DNA of 64,000 nucleotides from an uncultured Coriobacteriaceae bacterium. Lineage in GTDB: Bacteria > Bacillota > Clostridia > Oscillospirales > Acutalibacteraceae. Below the pieces are notes generated by a model. That model worked only from the letters and a program-made list of their open reading frames with translations. It had not been told where the DNA came from and ran no database searches. The position numbers were made by a program, and so were the translations under genes. The DNA lies in assembly GCA_963648385.1 (NCBI GenBank), contig CAVJDU010000001.1:19579-83578 (forward strand), in the 5' to 3' direction. This document shows positions 26,856 to 37,400 of the stretch, one piece after another; the first letter of the stretch is position 1; each line of letters starts with the position of its first letter.

Positions 26856-27008
26856 TCAGCTCCGATTTATTTGTCACGATAATTATAACATAATAATTCA
26901 GAATTAAAAAGGTGAAAAAAACGAATTGTAAATTAAAATTGTTAATAAAATGTCAATTTAACTAATATTTGCAAGAAACGGGACAGAATTATTCATATAC
27001 TTTTTTCA

Positions 27009-27037
27009 TTGACTTATTGACCGAAATATCATATAAT
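27009..27037 (+). promoter_or_regulatory. Sigma-A promoter of glyQS
   Basis: TTGACT, 17-nt spacer, TATAAT. Confidence 0.7.
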
Positions 27038-27072
27038 TTCATAGGATTTTAAAATGAGGGAGAATTGGTTTT

Positions 27073-28455
27073 ATGTTATCTAATACAGAAAAGACTATGG
27101 ACAAGATCGTTGCCCTTTGCAAAAACAGAGGATTTATTTTTGCCGGCAGCGATATTTACGGCGGTCTTGCCAACACATGGGACTACGGTCCGCTCGGCGC
27201 AAGACTCAAAAACAATGTCAAAGATACTTGGAGAAAGCGTTTTATTCAGGAGAGAAAGAACAGCTACGAGGTTGACGCCGATATTCTTATGCACCCGAAG
27301 GTTTGGGAGGCGAGCGGCCATGTTGCCAGCTTCTCCGATCCTCTCCTTGACTGCAAGGAATGTAAAATGCGCCACAGAGCCGATAACCTCATTGATGATT
27401 TTGACCCCAACGCTCACGCCGACGGTATGACGAAGGAGGAGATGTTTGAGTATATCAAGGCTCATTCGATTCCCTGCCCGAACTGCGGCAAGCATAATTT
27501 TACCGACATCAGAGAATTCAATCTCATGTTCCAAACATACAGGGGAGTTACAAACGATGCAAAGAGCGTTATTTATCTCCGCCCCGAAAATGCGCAGGGC
27601 GAGTATGTCAACTACCTCAATGTTCAGCGCAGCATGAGAGCCAAGCTTCCGTTCAGCATCGGTCAGATCGGCAAGGCTTTCAGAAACGAGATCACTCCGG
27701 GTAACTTCACCTTCAGAACGATCGAGTTTGAGCAGATGGAGTTCCAAACATTCTGCAAAGAGGGTACGGATACGGATCTTTACGAGTATTTCAAGAATTA
27801 CGGTCATAAGTATTATACCGATCTCGGTATTGCCGAAGAGCATCTTCGCTTCCATGACCATGAGAAACTTGCCCATTATGCAAAGGCTGCCTGCGATATC
27901 GAATTCCTTTTCCCGTTCGGCTGGGGCGAGATAAACGGTACTCATAACAGAACGAATTTCGACCTCACAAGACATCAGGAATACAGCGGTCAGAAGCTTG
28001 AATATCTCGACCCCGAAACTAACGAAAGATATATACCTTTTATAATAGAGTCAACATACGGACTTGACAGAACGGTTCTTGCGCTTCTCTGCGAGGCATA
28101 TGACGAGGAGGTTATCGACGCTGAAAAGAACGATACAAGAGTTGTTCTTCATCTCAGCCCCGCAATCGCTCCGTACAAGGCGGCGGTTCTTCCGCTTTCA
28201 AAGAAGCTCTCCGCCGACGCTCTCAAGGTTTATGAAAAGCTTCAAAAGAGCTTCATGGTCGATTTTGACGAGACAGGCTCGATCGGCAAGAGGTATCGCC
28301 GTGAGGATGAGATCGGAACTCCGTTCTGCATCACATTTGATTTCGATTCTCTCAATGACAACTGCGTAACCGTTCGTGACAGAGACTCGATGGAGCAGGT
28401 TCGTATGCCGATTGATGAAGTCGATGAATATATTCTGTCAAAGATTACATTCTAA
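27073..28455 (+). CDS. glyQS: Glycine--tRNA ligase (dimeric class II GlyQS type)
   Basis: [63 protein letters not shown], and an anticodon-binding C-terminus. Confidence 0.95.
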   Translation: MLSNTEKTMDKIVALCKNRGFIFAGSDIYGGLANTWDYGPLGARLKNNVKDTWRKRFIQERKNSYEVDADILMHPKVWEASGHVASFSDPLLDCKECKMRHRADNLIDDFDPNAHADGMTKEEMFEYIKAHSIPCPNCGKHNFTDIREFNLMFQTYRGVTNDAKSVIYLRPENAQGEYVNYLNVQRSMRAKLPFSIGQIGKAFRNEITPGNFTFRTIEFEQMEFQTFCKEGTDTDLYEYFKNYGHKYYTDLGIAEEHLRFHDHEKLAHYAKAACDIEFLFPFGWGEINGTHNRTNFDLTRHQEYSGQKLEYLDPETNERYIPFIIESTYGLDRTVLALLCEAYDEEVIDAEKNDTRVVLHLSPAIAPYKAAVLPLSKKLSADALKVYEKLQKSFMVDFDETGSIGKRYRREDEIGTPFCITFDFDSLNDNCVTVRDRDSMEQVRMPIDEVDEYILSKITF

Positions 28456-28476
28456 TTATTGACGAATAATAAAGGT

Positions 28477-28631
28477 AACACCGCACAATCGAGGCGCACG
28501 CCTTGCTTGAATATGTTTCCGTCATGCCGCATAAAAATTCCTTGACTTGCGACAGCAAGCCCGCAAAATTTTTTCTACAACCTGACGAAAAACCTTACTG
28601 CGAAATCCGCACACCCCGATTGTTCGGCGTT
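28477..28631. repeat. Intergenic inverted-repeat element, copy 2
   Basis: The termini AACACCGCACAATCGAGG and CCCCGATTGTTCGGCGTT are reverse complements at 15 of 18 positions. They enclose about 120 nt that includes TTGACT and a T-run. Confidence 0.5.
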
Positions 28632-28665
28632 TCCTAAACATAAATTAAATTGGAAGGCAAAGCTT

Positions 28666-30048
28666 ATGAAAAAAATCAATTTTACAGAAACAGTTCTCCG
28701 TGACGCTCAGCAGTCGCTGATTGCAACGAGAATGCCTTTTGAAACCTTTGAGCCTATTCTTTCAACAATGGATAAGGCGGGCTACTACTCGCTCGAATGT
28801 TGGGGCGGCGCAACCTTTGATTCATGTTTGCGTTACCTCAATGAAGATCCGTGGGAGAGACTCAGAAAGATTCGCAAGGCGTGTCCGAACACGAAGCTCC
28901 AGATGCTTCTCAGAGGTCAGAATCTTCTCGGATACAAGCATTATCCGAACGATGTTGTCAGAAAATTCGTTGCCAAGAGCGTTGAAAACGGAATCGACAT
29001 TATCAGAATTTTCGATGCGCTCAACGATGTGAGAAATCTTGAGGTGGCGGTCGATCAGACGATCAAGTCGGGCGCACACGCATCGGGTACTATCTGCTAC
29101 ACGCTCAGCCCCGTGCACAACACAAAGGCTTATATCAAGCTGGCGAAGGATATGGAAAACATGGGCGTTCAGTCCATCTGCATCAAGGACATGGCAGGTA
29201 TCATCAGCCCGAAGGAGGCCTATGAGCTCGTCAGCGCACTCAAGCAGAATGTTAAGCTCCCGATAATCCTTCATACACACTGCACAACGGGTCTTGGTCC
29301 CATGACGCTGCTCAAGGCTGCGGAAGCCGGCGTTGATGTTATCGACACGGCGATTTCGAGCTTCTCCGGCGGTACAAGCCAGCCGGCAACCGAAACGCTC
29401 AACTATATTCTCACTCAGGACGGCTACAAGACGGGTCTGGACACCGATGTCCTCAAAAAGATCAACGACTTCTTCAAGCCCGTTAAGGCGGACGCACTCA
29501 AGAGCGGACTTCTCAATCCCGTTGTTCTTTCGACCGATACGGACGCTCTGATATATCAGGTTCCGGGCGGAATGCTTTCCAACCTTGTTGCTCAGCTTAC
29601 GGCTCAGAAGAAGATGGATAAATTTGACGAGGTTCTTGCGGAAACTCCGAGAGTAAGAAAAGACCTCGGTTATCCGCCGCTTGTTACCCCGATGAGCCAG
29701 ATGGTCGGCGTTCAAGCAACATCGAATGTTCTCGCCGGCGAGAGATACAAAAATGTTTCCAAGGAAATCCGTGCTTATTTAAAGGGTGAGTACGGCAAAG
29801 CTCCCGGAAAGATAAATCCCGAGCTTACAAAGAAGGTTCTCGGCGATGAAAAGCCGATCAAGGGCAGATATGCCGATACCCTCGGCGACGGTTATGAGAC
29901 TGCAAAGGCCGAGATCGGCGCAAAGGCACACAGCGAAGAGGATGTTCTTTCATACATCGCATTCCCCACTCAGGCCGAAGCGTTCTTCGACAAGCGTGAC
30001 GAAAAAGCGAAGAACACCTTTAAATATACCATTGAAAAAATTGATTGA
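28666..30048 (+). CDS. Oxaloacetate decarboxylase alpha-type carboxyltransferase (5S/HMGL-like TIM barrel) with no biotinyl domain
   Basis: FTETVLRDAQQSLIATRM, ECWGGATFD, and the IKDMAG...HTHCTTG series. The protein ends at 460 aa without an AMKM motif. Confidence 0.85.
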   Translation: MKKINFTETVLRDAQQSLIATRMPFETFEPILSTMDKAGYYSLECWGGATFDSCLRYLNEDPWERLRKIRKACPNTKLQMLLRGQNLLGYKHYPNDVVRKFVAKSVENGIDIIRIFDALNDVRNLEVAVDQTIKSGAHASGTICYTLSPVHNTKAYIKLAKDMENMGVQSICIKDMAGIISPKEAYELVSALKQNVKLPIILHTHCTTGLGPMTLLKAAEAGVDVIDTAISSFSGGTSQPATETLNYILTQDGYKTGLDTDVLKKINDFFKPVKADALKSGLLNPVVLSTDTDALIYQVPGGMLSNLVAQLTAQKKMDKFDEVLAETPRVRKDLGYPPLVTPMSQMVGVQATSNVLAGERYKNVSKEIRAYLKGEYGKAPGKINPELTKKVLGDEKPIKGRYADTLGDGYETAKAEIGAKAHSEEDVLSYIAFPTQAEAFFDKRDEKAKNTFKYTIEKID

Positions 30049-30062
30049 GGAGGAAAACGAAT

Positions 30063-30452
30063 ATGAATATGACTCCTAAGCTTCTCGGCGTTTTTGCTGA
30101 TTTATACGGCTCGAACGACGCTATGGATTTCGGCAAGGCTGCGTTGGTTGCCGTTGTCGGCTTCATTGTTGTCATGGTCGTTCTTGCGGTTATTGCATTG
30201 TTCATCAAGGGCATTGCCGCGATCTTTGACAAAACGAGCAAGAATACCGCACCGGTTGCCGCTCCGACACAGACCGTCGCTCCTGCACCGGCTGCTGCCG
30301 CTCCGAGTGTTCAGCCTGCTCCGACCGGAGTTGAGCTTGTAGGCGTTGACGAGCCTACGGCGGCGGTTATCATGGCAATAGTAAGTCACCAAAGCGGAAT
30401 AAGTCTTGACAGGCTTGCGTTCAAATCCATTAAATTATCGGAGGATAAGTAA
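30063..30452 (+). CDS. Oxaloacetate decarboxylase gamma-like small membrane subunit
   Basis: It has a single TM segment (VAVVGFIVVMVVLAVIALFI), an Ala/Pro linker, and a C-terminal EPTAAVIMAIV segment. SD GAGGAGG is upstream of ATG 30063. Confidence 0.6.
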   Translation: MNMTPKLLGVFADLYGSNDAMDFGKAALVAVVGFIVVMVVLAVIALFIKGIAAIFDKTSKNTAPVAAPTQTVAPAPAAAAPSVQPAPTGVELVGVDEPTAAVIMAIVSHQSGISLDRLAFKSIKLSEDK

Positions 30453-31154
30453 ATGAAATATGTTGTTACATTAAACGGAAAAAAATACGATGTTGAGGTT
30501 AACGAAAGCGAAGCTGTTATAACCTCCGTAAGCAATGCTGCTCCGTCAGCCCCCGTTGTCCCGGTTGCAGCTCCGGCTTCGGCGGCAAGCACTGCACCCG
30601 GCGCACCCGCTGCGGTTGTAGGTACGGCGGTCAGCGGAACTCAGATCACTTCTCCGATGCCCGGCACAATCCTTAAACTGAATGTTGCCGTAGGTCAGTC
30701 GGTTAAAGCCGGCGATGTTGTTCTCATTCTTGAGGCAATGAAAATGGAAAACGAGATCGTTGCCCCCTGTGACGGTACGGTTATGCAGATCCTTGTTTCC
30801 AAAGGCTCGACCGTTGACACCGACCAGATCCTTGCGGTTGTCAGCAATTCTGGTTCGGCAGTTCCCGTTGCTCCCGTTGCAGCTCCTGCTCCGGCGGCAA
30901 GCGCCGCACCTGCTGCACCGACGGTTGTAGGTACGGCAGTCAGCGGAACTCAGATCACCTCTCCGATGCCCGGCACGATTCTCAAGCTGAATGTTACCGA
31001 GGGTCAGGCGGTTAAGGCAGGCGATGTTGTGCTCGTTCTTGAGGCAATGAAAATGGAAAACGAGATCGTCGCTCCCTGTGACGGTACGATAAAGCAGATC
31101 CTTGTTACCAAAGGCTCGACCGTTGACACGGATCAAATTCTTGCAGTTTTATAA
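30453..31154 (+). CDS. Biotin carboxyl carrier protein with two tandem biotinyl domains
   Basis: The biotinylation motif [16 protein letters not shown] occurs twice. Each copy is preceded by an Ala/Pro-rich linker. Confidence 0.85.
   Translation: MKYVVTLNGKKYDVEVNESEAVITSVSNAAPSAPVVPVAAPASAASTAPGAPAAVVGTAVSGTQITSPMPGTILKLNVAVGQSVKAGDVVLILEAMKMENEIVAPCDGTVMQILVSKGSTVDTDQILAVVSNSGSAVPVAPVAAPAPAASAAPAAPTVVGTAVSGTQITSPMPGTILKLNVTEGQAVKAGDVVLVLEAMKMENEIVAPCDGTIKQILVTKGSTVDTDQILAVL
30615..31148 (+). repeat. In-frame tandem duplication (two ~225-nt units, period 309 nt) that encodes the two biotinyl domains
   Basis: Units 30615-30839 and 30924-31148 align without gaps and are highly similar at the DNA level (for example GTTGTAGGTACGGC.GTCAGCGGAACTCAGATCAC). 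Confidence 0.8.
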
Positions 31155-31172
31155 TAAAGGACGGTATTCGGA

Positions 31173-32366
31173 ATGGACTTAGTTTTAAATGTTTTGAAAG
31201 GATTGTGGGAATCGTCCGGATTTGCAATTCTTGAATGGCAGAATATCGTAATGATTCTTGTTTCGTTTGCATTTCTTTTTCTTGCCATTCACCCAAAATT
31301 CAGATTTGAACCGTTGCTTTTGGTTCCAATCGCATTCGGTATTCTTCTTGCCAATCTTCCCGGCGCAGGCATTATGGATGACCTTACGGCAGGTCAGATC
31401 TTCGGCGGTGACGGCTCACTTGCCGGACAGGGTGAGCACTGGTATGATTCCGGCGTTTTGCGAATAATCTATGCCGGTGTTAAATCAAACATCTTCCCGT
31501 GTCTCATTTTCATGGGCGTCGGCGCAATGACCGATTTCGGTCCGCTTCTTTCCAACCCTGTCAGCCTGCTTCTCGGCGCTGCGGCACAGCTCGGTATCTA
31601 TGTTGCTTTCCTTATCGCAGTTGCGCTCGGCTTCAATCCGCAGGAGGCTGCTTCTATCGCCATCATCGGTGGTGCGGACGGTCCGACGGCTATTTATCTT
31701 ACATCCAAGCTGGCGTCGCATCTTCTTGCTCCCATTGCGCTTGCGGCGTATTCCTATATGGCTCTTATTCCGCTCATTCAGCCTCCTATCATGAAGGCTC
31801 TCACAACGAAGAAAGAGCGTGAGGTCAAGATGACTCAGCTCAGAAAGGTCACAAAGACCGAGAAAATCATCTTCCCGGTAATCGTTCTTGTTCTGGTTGC
31901 GCTTCTTCTTCCGTCGGTTGCTCCGCTTCTCGGTATGTTCATGCTCGGCAACCTTTTCCGTGAGTGCGGCGTTGTTGAAAGACTTTCCGATGTTGCGCAG
32001 AATGCGCTTAACAATATCATTGTTATTCTTCTCGGAATTACCGTCGGTGCAACAGCAAACGGTCAGACTTTCCTTCAGGTTCAGACTCTTAAAATCGTTG
32101 CGCTCGGACTTATCGCTTTTGCGTTCTCGACCGTCGGCGGCGTTCTCCTCGGCAAGCTTCTCTATCTCGTTACGGGCGGCAAGATAAATCCGCTCATCGG
32201 TGCGGCAGGTGTTTCCGCTGTTCCCATGGCGGCTCGTGTTGCTCAGAACGAGGGCAGAAAGTATAATCCGACCAACTTCCTTCTCATGCACGCCATGGGT
32301 CCGAATGTTGCCGGCGTTATCGGCTCTGCCGTTGCGGCAGGTTTCCTGCTTATCATGTTCCAGTAA
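31173..32366 (+). CDS. oadB: Na+-translocating decarboxylase beta subunit
   Basis: A polytopic membrane protein with [12 protein letters not shown] and [14 protein letters not shown] blocks, which are typical of OadB/GcdB/MmdB. Confidence 0.9.
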   Translation: MDLVLNVLKGLWESSGFAILEWQNIVMILVSFAFLFLAIHPKFRFEPLLLVPIAFGILLANLPGAGIMDDLTAGQIFGGDGSLAGQGEHWYDSGVLRIIYAGVKSNIFPCLIFMGVGAMTDFGPLLSNPVSLLLGAAAQLGIYVAFLIAVALGFNPQEAASIAIIGGADGPTAIYLTSKLASHLLAPIALAAYSYMALIPLIQPPIMKALTTKKEREVKMTQLRKVTKTEKIIFPVIVLVLVALLLPSVAPLLGMFMLGNLFRECGVVERLSDVAQNALNNIIVILLGITVGATANGQTFLQVQTLKIVALGLIAFAFSTVGGVLLGKLLYLVTGGKINPLIGAAGVSAVPMAARVAQNEGRKYNPTNFLLMHAMGPNVAGVIGSAVAAGFLLIMFQ

Positions 32367-32376
32367 TTCATCAAAG

Positions 32377-32409
32377 ACAGACTCGTTCATAAGCGGGTCT
32401 GTTTTTTTG
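32377..32409 (+). terminator. Intrinsic terminator of the decarboxylase operon
   Basis: ACAGAC...GTCTGT followed by TTTTTTT. Confidence 0.6.
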
Positions 32410-32442
32410 CGGTTGAATGATTAAAGAAAATTAAAAAAATAC

Positions 32443-32471
32443 TTGATTTTTCCGGGCATTTGCTATACAAT
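32443..32471 (+). promoter_or_regulatory. Sigma-A promoter of guaB
   Basis: TTGATT, 17-nt spacer, TACAAT. Confidence 0.6.
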
Positions 32472-32489
32472 AAGATAATTTATATTTAA

Positions 32490-33971
<1,482 letters not shown>

Positions 33972-33990
33972 TCAAATAATAAAATAAATG

Positions 33991-34034
33991 GCAGGGTATA
34001 CGCCGCATTATGCGTTTTATACCCTGCTTTTATT
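33991..34034 (+). terminator. Intrinsic terminator of guaB
   Basis: GCAGGGTATA ... TATACCCTGC (10-bp stem), followed by TTTTATT. Confidence 0.75.
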
Positions 34035-34146
34035 ATTCCGAGGTGAAAGAAAGCGACATAAGCATAATTCATAAAGGGAATGATACAAAAATCTGCCGAC
34101 AGTTATGTGTAAAATGTACAAAATCAATAATACGACTAAAAAAATA

Positions 34147-34175
34147 TTGACTTTTGCAGATTTATGCGTTATAGT
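34147..34175 (+). promoter_or_regulatory. Sigma-A-type promoter far upstream of the large dockerin-protein gene
   Basis: TTGACT, 17-nt spacer, TATAGT. The next plausible start codon is at 34456. Confidence 0.6.
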
Positions 34176-34181
34176 TAAAAT

Positions 34182-34455
34182 AACCATAAGAGTGGTGTCA
34201 TTGGGCTGTTTGCCGTTTTGCACACGGGAAGCCTCGTTACGACCCTCTTGGGTTTACCAAATGCGTCGTAATGACGCTCAGCTCATTCGGGCTGCCGGCC
34301 GAGCTGTCGATGCGGGAAGGCTTTGACGACGAACGGTTGGCTTTTTACGGTTGGGTGAGGCGTAATGATGTCGCGCCAGCTGCACGGGCTGGATAAAAAA
34401 CAGTGCAATATGCATGCTCAGTGCATATAAACTTTATGGAGGTGCAATCCAAAAA
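34182..34455 (+). promoter_or_regulatory. Long GC-rich 5' leader, a candidate structured cis-regulatory RNA of unassigned class
   Basis: G+C is roughly 56% by hand count over 34191-34400, whereas the other intergenic regions are AT-rich. There are several small hairpins. A block order CGTAATGA...CAGCT...CGGGCTG occurs twice (34267-34294 and 34361-34391). ACGGTTGG occurs as a direct repeat at 34333 and 34347. Confidence 0.4.
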
Positions 34456-37400
34456 ATGAGTAATGCAAAAAGATTCATGAGCGTCATTCTTGCAATGATC
34501 ATGGTTCTTTCGACGCTCGTTGTCGGTGCAAGCGCTTACTCGGCCTATAAGGGCGATGCTATCAAGTCGCAGTATAACAAGCTTGATAAGCCCGTTCTTA
34601 CCACAGACCAGTATGCGTCCGCAGCTGTCGATGAGCTTGACCGTATGCTCGGCAAGGAGCAGATCAAACTTGAAAAGTCTGATCTTTACGGTATCGGCGA
34701 ACTTGATCTTACATCTGTTGACGCTACAATGCAGTCGGTTTACAATTTTGTAACCGGCAGAACCTTTGAAACATTCAAAGGAATGCTTGGCGATCTCGCC
34801 AACCTTAACGCAAATGCTTTTGCAACGGTCAGAAGATCGAGCGGAGATATCAAAGTGCTTTACGCTGTTCTCCAGTTCCTCTATGACAACAAGGGCATTT
34901 TCGTAAGCTATGTCAATCAGACGATTGATCTCGGCTCAATTCTTCCCTCCGTTGTTGACCTCAGTGATTACACTGATGTTAACCAGCTTCTCAAGAAGAT
35001 GCTGTACGAGGTAGTTTATACTACCAAGGATGCAACAACGGGCGAATCTGTTAAACCGAATGTTCCGGATACCGTTACGGAGACATTTGACTCCATGGCT
35101 CAGAAGCTTATCGACGCTAAGGTCATTGAGTTCGTTCCCGAGCTTAAAGGTTATACGGACATCAGCAGCGGAACAATGTATTCGTTCATCGACACAGCTC
35201 TCAAGAAGTTGTTCAATTCTTCGCTTGTTCTTGATGCGCTCAACGGCAGCGTGAAGGATGAACTCAAGAAGGCTTGCGGAGTTGAGTTCAAGAAGAACGC
35301 AGACGGTTCCTATGTTAAGGATGACAAGGGCAATAAGGTTGAAGATAACAGAGATAACCTTAACGGCTATGCCAACTATATCAATATCGACTATACATAT
35401 AGCGGATTCACATTTGGCAGCGGCTCGTTTGTTTCTCAGCTCAACAATATCCTTGGTTCATTCGTTAACCTTCTCCTCAAGTCGGGCGTTTACACCTGGC
35501 AGACAGGCGACAACTCGGTTCTTATGGATAACCTTGTAGGTCTTGCAAAGGCCGTTCTCGTTAACACGGGCGACGATTTCTTCGCTTCCTATATCAAGGT
35601 TGCTTCAGCCGATGAGGTTAACAAGATGACCAATGAAGAGCTTATTGTTTATGCCCTTCGTGCAATCATCAACGGTTCCGTTACCGGTATGTACATTCCC
35701 GACAGCGTAACAACTATCGTTGACTTCGGTTACTATGCATTGTCACAGCTCCTTGCAACATCAGCTCCCGAGCTTGATTTCTCGAGCTATGATCATACGG
35801 TTGATACCCTCATCGTTATGGGCGTTGACTACGCTATTTACAGCGTAAACTCCGCTATTGACATGGGTCTTTCATATGTATCCGATATGAACGGTGTTGA
35901 TGCTCAGCTCAAGGTTGCTGCTGAGTACGGAATCAACAACTACGGCGGATTGCTCAACGGTCTTTCGCTCAGCACGAGCGACAGCGGTTGGACAACTCTC
36001 AACAAGATTGTAGACGGTCTTCTCGGTCTTAATTGGCTTCCGACCTGTGCAAACAAGGATGTCAAGACTTTTGTGATCGACGACCTTCTCAAGAAGATTG
36101 CTACTCTTGATTTCGAGAGCATTCTTGATATGTTTGAGAATTCCGCTTTCCCGTCAGCTTCCGATCTTAATAAGACTCCGAAGGCTGCGGTTCTCGATGT
36201 AGTAACAAGAATTGTGAACATCATCTTCCCGGGTGCTCTCAATACTTCCGCTACAACGATTGAGGCTCTCGCAACAAACGCTGCCCTTGCCGGCACAGTT
36301 GATGCGATCTTCTCAGACCTTTACAATTACAGAGAAAACCTCGTTGCAGGTGCTCTCCCGATCGTTTGCTCGGTACTCTCGCTTACAACGCCTCAGGAAT
36401 TCAAGTTCCCGACCGTTACATGCGACAGCTTTATCTATGATAAGTCAGGTTCTCCGAGCTTCACAATTAAGCTTCGTAACAGCTCGTCAGGTATCAACAC
36501 CGGCTACACAACAGCTTCCGGCACATTTGTACAGGATTCTCTTTATACATATGATATAAAGAGCATCACTTCAAACAGCAACATTATCACGCTTACACCG
36601 GATAAGACTAAGGTTGCCGGCGGTGAGGAAGTAAACATCAGCGTTGTCGCAACAAGCACATATTCGGGTGCTGCTCCGTTCATCGTTGCAATCACCTATG
36701 ATGTTTTGACCGAGGACGGCTCAAGCCTTACCGATACGCCGATCACCGAGTATGTTTATAGCTACATCTCGGCTTCGGGTGATAATGACAACGAGAAGCA
36801 GATCAGTTACACAAGCGGTAACTATTCTATCACCGGCGGTCCGTCTTACCTCTATGCAAGCAGCATGAGCGACCTTTACAAGACTCAGTACACATTTGAG
36901 AATGCAAGCGACAGCAAGATTACGGGCGCAACTGTTATCGGAACATCAACCGCTCCGATCAACGCTAATTATCTTACCGTTAAGAGCGACTCATTTGATA
37001 TTCTTGCAAAGACAGGCGACCAGAACGGTATCGCAAAGTCATACATCTTTGAAACGACAGAAGCTTACGATGCCCTTACTCAGGAAGAGAAGGACGCTGC
37101 TTGGACTGCAATCTGCAAGACTGGCACAATGACTTCTAAGCTGTATACTTACAGCATCGGCGCTAACTTCGGTTCAACGGCTGTTAAGACAACTGTCAAA
37201 GTATTCTGCTATGAGGAGTATGGCCTCGGCTCACTCCTTGAATCCGAAATCGGCAAGCATCGTCAGGCTTCCAACTACAGCACAGGCTGGACAGAGTGGG
37301 AGACTGCAATGAAGAATGCGGTTGACGCAGTTTACTCGCCGTTTATTCAGGGTTCATTCAGAAACTTGAAGGCTAAGAAGTACCAGTCGGCTTATACAGC

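Noticed and set aside
26856-27072. A T-box leader upstream of glyQS.
   Set aside because: The promoter lies only about 30 nt upstream of the SD. There is no specifier stem, no conserved T-box 14-mer and no terminator/antiterminator pair.
34105-34326. A 73-aa ORF that covers the promoter and leader upstream of the dockerin-protein gene.
   Set aside because: It starts upstream of the predicted -35, has no SD, and its product looks like a random Arg/Ala-rich sequence. The region is better explained as promoter plus structured leader.
34191-34400. Assigning the leader to a known riboswitch class (cobalamin because of GCGGGAAGGC, c-di-GMP because of GCACACGGGAAGCC and GACGC..AGC...CCGGCC, or ydaO because of CCTCGTTACG).
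   Set aside because: Only isolated short fragments resemble those consensus sequences. The B12 box, the GEMM tetraloop/receptor arrangement and the ydaO pseudoknot blocks are not present in the required order or spacing. I cannot support any class without a covariance-model search.
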